Source of the DNA: a virus
Taxonomy: Duplodnaviria; Heunggongvirae; Uroviricota; Caudoviricetes
Direction: 5' to 3' (one strand)
Length of the DNA stretch: 64,000 nt
Virus record (IMG/VR): IMGVR_UViG_3300031998_000007
The notes under the pieces are model-generated. The model was not told the origin of the DNA. It did not search any database and saw only the letters and a program-made list of their open reading frames with translations. The position numbers and the translations under genes were made by a program. Shown piece by piece: positions 47,666-55,141 of this stretch (positions are counted from its first letter, which is position 1; each line of letters starts with the position of its first letter).

Positions 47666-49843
47666 TCACTTGTGCCGATAAAACTTGATTAGGAGGTCCT
47701 CGATGCGGTTCCATTCCAGTGTTCCGGGCTTTATCGGCTGGTCGGCGCACATGGAGCAGTCAACCGGGATCTGCACCAGCTTCAAGCCCATTCGGCTGAG
47801 GACCATCGAAACGACCGCGGCCATCATACGCTGGCCGACATCGCCCTCAACCAGCGGCGAGAACTGGCGCAAGTCGCCGAGGACATCGCCATAGATGCCG
47901 CGGACGGCGATGAACGGGCCGTCGAGGACAACAACCTGATGCGAGCCGTTCACCGAACGCTTGCCCATTACCCACTCGCTAGACTTCAAGTCCGTCGGGA
48001 ACGTCGTGTAGATGCCGTAGGAGGGGCCGTCAACCCACGACCCGTTATGCAGGAAATTCTCGTAGCCGAAGGCGCCGACGGCAGCGACATCCGGCGGGAC
48101 GGCATCCAGCTTCTCCGGGAACCCCATGTCGTTGATGACGGTGTTCCCGCCGACAAGCACATACCACGCAGGGGGGACCGCCGGCTTGAACGAAATCACC
48201 TTGTCATAGGCATTGGAAACCAGGCTAAACGAGTTGGACTGCTCCTTGTCCGACTTTACCGGCAGATACAGCTCGGGCGACCTGACCACATAGGCGTCCT
48301 TCTCGGGCATGCGGTCGGTAAACATGCCCGACGAGTAGCCAAGCGTGTGAACGACATAGACATTCAGCGGGACCTTCGACGTCTGCAACAGCATCTTCGG
48401 CGTCACGCGCTCGCGTTTCGGGGTGATGCCCAGTATCTGGCGCAGTTCGTTCTGCTCCTTCTCCGCGGCATGCGCCTTCTTGCGTTCTTCCCTGTACTTG
48501 GCGTCGCGTTCCAATGCGTTCCTTTGCAGGGATGCCTTGATGCCGAGTTCAATCGAGTTCTTCCTGATCGGGAGAGGCGCCTCCGGTGCATGCTCCTTCG
48601 CGTCTTTCGCCTTGCGCTTCATCGTCCTTCGCATGCCGGCCGCAATCTTCGTCCTGATGCTCTCTTCCTTGGACTGGGTAAGCTGCCTGACCCCGTGCGG
48701 GTGCCGGTGGACACCCTCGCGGGCATCGTCGATTTCCGGGATGGTGTGCATCTCGGGGGAGGCCTTCACGATAGCTTCCACGGCAGGCTTGTGATACCCG
48801 TAGATGAAAGGATACTGGTCCGGCTTTCCTACATAGTTCTTACGAAATTCTGCCTGCGTCATCACATACCGGCGGGTCGTGTAGACGTCGCACTTGCCGA
48901 CGATGAACTCGTTCACCCACCCGACGGTGCGGTTGAACTTCGCGCATATCTGGGCAGGCGTGTAATAGCAGGAATGTTCCCCGTATGCCTTCATGCACCA
49001 TTCGCGCATATACCACCGGTCCATGCTCTCCCTGGTGTAGTAGCCCGGACGGCCGGGGACGCCTTCGAGGTGTTTCGTAATCTTCTTGAACTGCCACACG
49101 CTCCGGCGCATGTACATCGCCGCGAGCTTTACCGGAAGCGCATCGGGAAGCGGGTTCCTGCGGAAAGTCTTGCGGCAGTTGTCCAGCCACGACGCAAGGT
49201 CCGACTTGGTTATCTTGCGGCGGGCGCCCTTGACACCCTGGACGCGATGGACCGGCATCACCCCGCGGGTAAGCGCGGTAGTGAACGCGGCAGTGTCCTT
49301 GTAGCCGCAGAAAATCGCGGCCTCGCCGGACCCCAGGGGCTGGCTTCCTATCCACCGGAGACTGTCCGGGAGGAAGTAACTGCGGAGGAACTTGTCATAT
49401 TCGCCCATGTACACATACAGGTATCGCTCGCCAGGCCTGCGGTGGGGCGTGATGCGCCCGAGCTTGATCTGCTTGTAGAAGTTCTTCACGTCCACCCCGG
49501 TATCGGCAACGAGCGTGTCCACGTTCACCTCGGCCATCGGGTGGTCCGGGACCTTCACGGTGAACCCTCGCCGATACATCTCGGCCACGACCTGCTTCCA
49601 CAGGTATGCCTTCGTCCGGTTCTGGCAGACGATATAGTCCACGCTGGCAAGCAGCCCGAGCTCGGCCAGAAATTCCTGGCTTATGCCGAACACCTTCGCA
49701 ATGCGACGGGCGGTGAGATACTCGTCGTCACCAACGCGGGAGACGTTCTCGAAATTGGTGAACGAACCATACTGCACCTCGAACTTCACGAGGCGCTTGC
49801 GGACTCCCAACTTCATGTTTGCGATAGTAGTCTTTGCCGGCAT
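47666..49843 (-). CDS. Multi-HTH (Xis/MerR-like) protein fused to a degenerate GT-A domain
   Basis: About 5 HTH-like repeats (YLTARRIAKVFGIS, LGSGEAAIFCG, YYTPAQICAKF); C-terminal VAAVGAFG...VVVLDGPFIAV resembles Glyco_tranf_2_5. Confidence 0.6.
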   Translation of the reverse strand: MPAKTTIANMKLGVRKRLVKFEVQYGSFTNFENVSRVGDDEYLTARRIAKVFGISQEFLAELGLLASVDYIVCQNRTKAYLWKQVVAEMYRRGFTVKVPDHPMAEVNVDTLVADTGVDVKNFYKQIKLGRITPHRRPGERYLYVYMGEYDKFLRSYFLPDSLRWIGSQPLGSGEAAIFCGYKDTAAFTTALTRGVMPVHRVQGVKGARRKITKSDLASWLDNCRKTFRRNPLPDALPVKLAAMYMRRSVWQFKKITKHLEGVPGRPGYYTRESMDRWYMREWCMKAYGEHSCYYTPAQICAKFNRTVGWVNEFIVGKCDVYTTRRYVMTQAEFRKNYVGKPDQYPFIYGYHKPAVEAIVKASPEMHTIPEIDDAREGVHRHPHGVRQLTQSKEESIRTKIAAGMRRTMKRKAKDAKEHAPEAPLPIRKNSIELGIKASLQRNALERDAKYREERKKAHAAEKEQNELRQILGITPKRERVTPKMLLQTSKVPLNVYVVHTLGYSSGMFTDRMPEKDAYVVRSPELYLPVKSDKEQSNSFSLVSNAYDKVISFKPAVPPAWYVLVGGNTVINDMGFPEKLDAVPPDVAAVGAFGYENFLHNGSWVDGPSYGIYTTFPTDLKSSEWVMGKRSVNGSHQVVVLDGPFIAVRGIYGDVLGDLRQFSPLVEGDVGQRMMAAVVSMVLSRMGLKLVQIPVDCSMCADQPIKPGTLEWNRIEDLLIKFYRHK

Positions 49844-49849
49844 AGTGGA

Positions 49850-51031
49850 CTAGATAAAGGAAATTGAATGTTTGCTGTTCTGGATATGCGCGTTGTTCTT
49901 CATGGCGTTCCGCCGCGCTTCCATCTTCGCCTTGAACATATCCTTCTGGATATTGCCAAAGCGCATCGTCATGACGATGTCCGCCATATCCTTTTCGCGG
50001 ATGCGCCTTTCGAGGAACGCCGCGTCCACATAACCGGAACTGTCCAAGGGCATCTCCCCGGCAAGGACAGCGGCGTTGATGTCCTTCGAGGCTATCCCTT
50101 CCCAGTCGAACCACCTGAACTGCTTGGAAATAGCGGAAACGGAAGCCTGGCGTCCGGCGACATCGTTATACGGGTTATCCCATATAACTACCGCGTTGTT
50201 GATATACTTCCTGATTTTCGGGTTATCCGCCATCGTCTCGGCAAGATGGGAAATGCCACCAATGGCGATTGAATTGCGGATGAACGTCGAGTCCAACAAT
50301 CCTTCGAGGATGTAGAAGCGCTTGGTAAAATCGACAAAGTCGATGTTGTATGCCTCGCGCCGAACTCCCTTGAAGTTCAGGTAACGCTGTTCGCTTTTCG
50401 GATCCATGTCTCGGGCATCGAACTGTCCCCACAACCCACCGAACTTGTAATATGGCATGATGATGCGGTGATGATATTCGTTGCCGATTGGTCGCGTCGT
50501 TCCCGGATAATACTGGATGGAACCGTCCGGGTTGCGATGATAAAACTGTTCGCCCGTCCGGCAGGCAAACCATGTCTCATACACGTCCGGGCGGATCCTT
50601 CGCCCGGCACAGATGTCCCTGGCCTCCTTTGCCAGCGGGTCGGACGAGTCGGAAAGCGACACGAGCTCTCCGGGCATGAACGGCAGGGTCGGGACCACGC
50701 GCTGCACCAACGGTTTCTCGGCAGGCTTGTTGCCGTCCGTCCGTTTGTCGTCATCGGTTATGGCATAGGTGATAAGCTCATGGTATTCGTCCGGGTAATT
50801 TTCCTGCAGAAATTTCAACAGGGACCCGTCGAAACACCCCTTGAAGCACGTCGTCTTCCAGGTGTCCTTGTAAATCCATAACTTTCGCTTGTGCGCCTGC
50901 TTCATGTCCCCACAGAATGGACATACACATTCGTAGTGGTTCATCTTGTCCTGCAAATTCAGGTGGCCGAACAACTTGCGAAGGACCCCGTCATAGGCGG
51001 AAAGCGGTATGTTATCAAAACGTAAACCCAT
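49850..51031 (-). CDS. gp61: DNA primase, T4 gp61-like
   Basis: CPFCGD..CFKGC zinc finger, RIIMP, ILEGLLDS, WDN..D, KDIN; start moved to MGLRF. Confidence 0.9.
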   Translation of the reverse strand: MGLRFDNIPLSAYDGVLRKLFGHLNLQDKMNHYECVCPFCGDMKQAHKRKLWIYKDTWKTTCFKGCFDGSLLKFLQENYPDEYHELITYAITDDDKRTDGNKPAEKPLVQRVVPTLPFMPGELVSLSDSSDPLAKEARDICAGRRIRPDVYETWFACRTGEQFYHRNPDGSIQYYPGTTRPIGNEYHHRIIMPYYKFGGLWGQFDARDMDPKSEQRYLNFKGVRREAYNIDFVDFTKRFYILEGLLDSTFIRNSIAIGGISHLAETMADNPKIRKYINNAVVIWDNPYNDVAGRQASVSAISKQFRWFDWEGIASKDINAAVLAGEMPLDSSGYVDAAFLERRIREKDMADIVMTMRFGNIQKDMFKAKMEARRNAMKNNAHIQNSKHSISFI

Positions 51032-51049
51032 GTTGCATGAAATATAGCA

Positions 51050-51091
51050 AAAAACCAAGAACCGCCCCCGTGTATAGCACAGGGGCGGCTC
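51050..51091 (-). terminator. Terminator after gp32
   Basis: CCGCCCC.GTG-TATAG-CAC.GGGGCGG stem followed by a minus-strand T-rich run. Confidence 0.65.
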
Positions 51092-51109
51092 CGCTCAAAT
51101 CAGACCGTA

Positions 51110-52687
51110 TTAGAACGGGAGGTCGATGTCTTCATCGGCACCGCCCGGCAACTCGTTCATGAGCGGCTGGGTCTGGGCCTGGGAATAACCGGGCTGAGCC
51201 TGCGGCTTCATCGTGGGCGCGAAGTTACCCTGTTGCTGCTGGGCCGGGGCCGGAGTCTGGGCAGCAAAGCCCGGATTGCCGGCAGCCTGGAACTGCGGAT
51301 TGCCATACTGCGGCTGACCGCCGAACGAAAGCATGTCGTTCACCGGTTCGGACGGGTTGGCTGCGGGAGCAGTGTAGGCCGGCTGTGCCTGCTGCTGGAC
51401 CGGAGCGGCATAATTCTGCTGCACACCGCCACCGACCGCGAGCGGATCGGCTGCCTGTGCACCGAAGTTCTGCTGTCCACCGCCGAGAGCAAGCGGATCG
51501 TTTGCCGGGGCAGCATAGCCCGTCTGGACCTGAGTCTGACCGCCACCGATGGCGAGCGGGTCATTTGCCGGAGCGGCTGCGTTACCGAAGTATTCGGCAC
51601 CGCTGACCTGGTTCATCGGAGCACCCTGGTTGTAGCCAGTCTGCTGTTGCTGCTGTGCGCCAGGCATGGTGAACGGGGCCTGGGTATTCGGGATGATGCC
51701 GTTTGCGGCACCGCCGTTCTGGGCCTGGTAGCCACCATGCTGACCCTGCTGACCCTGGAAACCAGCAGCTGCCGGGTTCTGGGCTTCATTGACGAGGCGC
51801 CAGAAGTCTGCCCATTCAGCTTCTGCCTTGGCTTCGTCCGGCATATCCTTGTAAAGTTCGTTCAAGTCCGGGCATGCCTGGAGAATGGCGAGCATTTCCT
51901 GGTCAGTGTTGGCGAGCGGAGTGCTCTTCTCTGCCCACGAGCAGGTATTGTAAGTGACGCGATTGGTTTCGCTGTCCCAGGACGGGGTAACGAAGAAGTC
52001 ACGGCCATGACGCGGGTCATACGGAATGAAGAATTCCTGCTTATTTGCTTCGGCCTGCTTTGCCTTCTGCATAGCAAATTCGTCATTCGGATCGACCTGG
52101 GCGGCAGCCTGGGCCGGAGCGTTCGGGTTCACGCGGCAAGGTGCATCGAGCATCTGCTCGACCTTGGGGGTGTGCTTCCACCACTTAATCTGGTTGTTAA
52201 ATTCGGTATGCTGTGCATCGTTACGAACGAGCACGTTGGTGTACCAGTATTCGTCTGCCCAGAGGTTCTTGCAATAGGTCTTTGCAACTTCCTTGGCAGC
52301 CTTTTCATTGGCACCCTGTTGTTGCTGCTGTTTCTTGATGCTGTTGAAGATCTTGCCGATTGCCTTGCAAATCGGGCAAGTCTGTCCCGGGAGGGATTCA
52401 CGGCAAAGGACAACCTTGAGGGTCTTGCCGTCTGCCGGGTTCTTCAAGAAGTGGGTCTTGAGACACACGGACGGATAGAGATTCTTTTTGAGACCTTCGA
52501 GACCGCGGGGGAGAAGACGCACACGCGCCTTGTATTCCATGCCAGGTCCGGTAATGCCGGTCGGCTTCCACACGTTGGGGTTTTCTTTTCTTTCCCCGGA
52601 ACCGAGGTTTTCGGGAGCTGCAGCGGGAGCGCCGCAAGCGAGGACGTCCATCTGCTGGACGCTGGGATCGTTGTACTGTTGAGTCAT
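51110..52687 (-). CDS. gp32: ssDNA-binding protein, T4 gp32-like, with a very long disordered tail
   Basis: VRLLP, HFLK..C...CPIC zinc site, YTNVLV, YDP..GRDF; GAGG RBS at ATG 52687. Confidence 0.88.
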   Translation of the reverse strand: MTQQYNDPSVQQMDVLACGAPAAAPENLGSGERKENPNVWKPTGITGPGMEYKARVRLLPRGLEGLKKNLYPSVCLKTHFLKNPADGKTLKVVLCRESLPGQTCPICKAIGKIFNSIKKQQQQQGANEKAAKEVAKTYCKNLWADEYWYTNVLVRNDAQHTEFNNQIKWWKHTPKVEQMLDAPCRVNPNAPAQAAAQVDPNDEFAMQKAKQAEANKQEFFIPYDPRHGRDFFVTPSWDSETNRVTYNTCSWAEKSTPLANTDQEMLAILQACPDLNELYKDMPDEAKAEAEWADFWRLVNEAQNPAAAGFQGQQGQHGGYQAQNGGAANGIIPNTQAPFTMPGAQQQQQTGYNQGAPMNQVSGAEYFGNAAAPANDPLAIGGGQTQVQTGYAAPANDPLALGGGQQNFGAQAADPLAVGGGVQQNYAAPVQQQAQPAYTAPAANPSEPVNDMLSFGGQPQYGNPQFQAAGNPGFAAQTPAPAQQQQGNFAPTMKPQAQPGYSQAQTQPLMNELPGGADEDIDLPF

Positions 52688-52827
52688 TGTTTTCACCTCT
52701 TTGGTCAAATCGACCACGTTGTTTGGAACTTAGGTATTACAAGTTTATAATATAAAAGTCCCTGTTCCCGTGAAATATAGCAAAAATCACGAGAACTGGA
52801 ACGCTTTTAAGTAAAAAGATTTTTACG

Positions 52828-53079
52828 TCAGTTCTGGAACAGGTATCTCATGGCGGCAACTTCGCCGCCAAAGAACCCCGGCCACATGTAAGTGTAGTCC
52901 TTCGTGGCGATGACGTTGGTCGTCCGCCCGTTACGGCTGACCTCATACACGCCGCTGGAACCTTCGCAGATCGCGGCATGCGTATTGGACTCGGTCACAC
53001 TACACTTTTCAAGCCAGGGCATATCCTGGACAAGACGCTCCCGGCTACCGAACGGAGCCGGGCGTTTTTCACTTTCCAT
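52828..53079 (-). CDS. Hypothetical protein (83 aa)
   Basis: ATG 53079 overlaps the end of the upstream gene. Confidence 0.6.
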   Translation of the reverse strand: MESEKRPAPFGSRERLVQDMPWLEKCSVTESNTHAAICEGSSGVYEVSRNGRTTNVIATKDYTYMWPGFFGGEVAAMRYLFQN

Positions 53080-53896
53080 CGGAACTGGACTCCAGTTTTT
53101 CCGACACCTGTTTAGACTTTCCGGCAATGCGTCGACAGATGTCATCGACCGTTTCCGGCGCCTTGGCAGGTTCCGCCTTGGCTTCGGGCTCGGCGTTCCG
53201 CTTGGACTGGTCGGTCAGGCGCAGGCGGGTCTCTGCCACGCCGATTGCCTTCTGCACCTTCGCTTTCAGATCTTCCTCGGCCGGCATCTCGAAATCGAGG
53301 TCGTCGATGTGGAACTCCTTCAAATCGTCCATGACGCCGTCCATGACATCCTTGAAGTCAAAGCCAATGCGCTTTTCGACGGCGTTCTGGATGACGTAGA
53401 GGTCGGAGAGTTTTGCCGCGGCGCCGTCCAACTTCGGGTCGAAGTCCTTCGGCATGTACGGCTCGTAGTCGTCATTGATGTGGTAGCGCTTGATGCCGTC
53501 CGCATCCTGCTTGAACTGGCCAATCTGGTCGACGGTTTCCTGTGGCATCGGTTCCGACGCCTTGGTCTGTTCGTCGTCGGCCTCGTATTCCGGTGCGGAC
53601 TCGAACATGTCGCCGATGATGTTCCCGTCCTTGTCCTTGCGCTTGCGACCGATGAGCGGGTTGCGTTCCTGCACGGAAGCAAGCCACTTCGTGTATGCCG
53701 GCGTGGCGACAGCAACCGCAGTCCCCGCCGCATGAAGGTCGTTCGGGTCCATCGGACGTTTCGGATCGACCGGCAGGTTCAGCGTAGCCGCGACTGCCGG
53801 AAGCAGTTCGACAGCCTTTGCCTGGCTGCGTTCAGTCGCGTCGGCCCTGTAATTCGCTTCCGCCGTCCTGAAATTCGGTGCAACAAACTTACTCAT
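53069..53896 (-). CDS. Acidic hypothetical protein
   Basis: GGAGG RBS at MSKF (53896). Confidence 0.75.
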   Translation of the reverse strand: MSKFVAPNFRTAEANYRADATERSQAKAVELLPAVAATLNLPVDPKRPMDPNDLHAAGTAVAVATPAYTKWLASVQERNPLIGRKRKDKDGNIIGDMFESAPEYEADDEQTKASEPMPQETVDQIGQFKQDADGIKRYHINDDYEPYMPKDFDPKLDGAAAKLSDLYVIQNAVEKRIGFDFKDVMDGVMDDLKEFHIDDLDFEMPAEEDLKAKVQKAIGVAETRLRLTDQSKRNAEPEAKAEPAKAPETVDDICRRIAGKSKQVSEKLESSSDGK

Positions 53897-54317
53897 TGAA
53901 ATCCTCCATTCCGGCCGGAGCTTCGCTCGTCTCGGCCTCTTCATGAGACAGCACGTCAGCCGCGTGAACCTTGGCGTTCTCGATGTCGTCCTCGTCTGCC
54001 TTGATGTTGTGTTCCTTCGCGAGAATCATCTTGATGTCATTGTCAAGCATGAGCGCCAGGCGCTCGACCTCGACATACTGTTCGATGGCGACAAGGATGC
54101 GCGTCATCCCGGTCTTCTCGTCTTCGAGGTCGCGATACGCCTCGTAAATAGCTGCGTTGAACTTCTCGACCGCCTTGGCGATGAGGTTCGCCGGCATCGT
54201 GAGGACGATACATGCGTCGCCCTCAAACCGCGGTTTTTTCAGAGCTTCGTTAATTTCGTTAAAAATCTGCTCCGAGGTTGCGTCGGCAATCTTCTTCCCG
54301 TCGGGTGTCCTGAACAT
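53889..54317 (-). CDS. Hypothetical protein, weakly gp33-like
   Basis: GAGG RBS at MFRT; TGMTRILVAIEQY..LALML..IKMILAKE segment. Confidence 0.4.
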   Translation of the reverse strand: MFRTPDGKKIADATSEQIFNEINEALKKPRFEGDACIVLTMPANLIAKAVEKFNAAIYEAYRDLEDEKTGMTRILVAIEQYVEVERLALMLDNDIKMILAKEHNIKADEDDIENAKVHAADVLSHEEAETSEAPAGMEDFNE

Positions 54318-54348
54318 ACAGGCCTCGTTATACTTTCCTGCCCGGAAA

Positions 54349-55107
54349 CTAGGTTTTGAGGCCCGTTTCCGCCTTCTTGCGCTTCCTGGGCTTGCGCTTC
54401 GGGCGGTCGTATTCGACACCCTTCATTATAATCGGGGAATCCGCCAGCGAAGACGCCCCGGCAGTAGTGGTCGTAGTCAGGAACAGCATATCAGCCTCGG
54501 AAAGGGCCTCCTCACCAAGATACTCGTAGCGCAGGTGCTGGTGGAGAATTTCGCACATCCAGAAGGCGTCGCACAAGTCGGCCATCGGGGACTCGAACTG
54601 GCGCAGCTTGTCGAAAACCGCGGACGGGTAGTATTGGGGGAACCTCGCCTTGAACGCCAGGCACATCGGCATCTTCTCGTCGTCCTCGTTGGAACCCTTG
54701 CCGGTAGCATAGCGCTTGATTTGACGAATACCATAATTGAGGTAGCCTATTCCTGCCTGGAACAAAGCATATCGCACACCGCCGCAAAACTCGCACACCT
54801 GGACAATGGAGCCGGAACCCTTCTTCAACTTGGAATACGCATAGTCCTCGATACCCGCATACTGGACGCCATCCATGGCTTCTATGATGAGCGGATATGC
54901 AAGCGACATGCGGTGCGGCATCGACATCTTGTCATATTGCAGTGCAGGGGCAATGTGGGTAATCTTAACATTGTCCTCCTCGATGGCATACTTCTCGATT
55001 GTAGTATAACCGCGGAACTTAATAGAAGAGACCTCGAGCTTGTCGTCGAGGTCCATTATTACCATGCCTGTCGAAAAAATCGAAGGGTCTATACCGGCGA
55101 TGCGCAT
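54349..55107 (-). CDS. RuvC-like Holliday junction resolvase
   Basis: IAGIDPS..STG, IEDYAYS, IKRYATGKG, DLCDAF. Confidence 0.85.
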   Translation of the reverse strand: MRIAGIDPSIFSTGMVIMDLDDKLEVSSIKFRGYTTIEKYAIEEDNVKITHIAPALQYDKMSMPHRMSLAYPLIIEAMDGVQYAGIEDYAYSKLKKGSGSIVQVCEFCGGVRYALFQAGIGYLNYGIRQIKRYATGKGSNEDDEKMPMCLAFKARFPQYYPSAVFDKLRQFESPMADLCDAFWMCEILHQHLRYEYLGEEALSEADMLFLTTTTTAGASSLADSPIIMKGVEYDRPKRKPRKRKKAETGLKT

Positions 55108-55141
55108 AAATAACTAGCCTCCGCGAAGAAAACTAGGTTAT

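Noticed and set aside
15259-48145. Recoding or A-to-I editing of AAC to restore Asp in the three GT domains
   Set aside because: AAC is a common Asn codon here and also encodes expected Asn residues (e.g. phosphoesterase GNHD, gp46 GSNG); no shared editing context is visible
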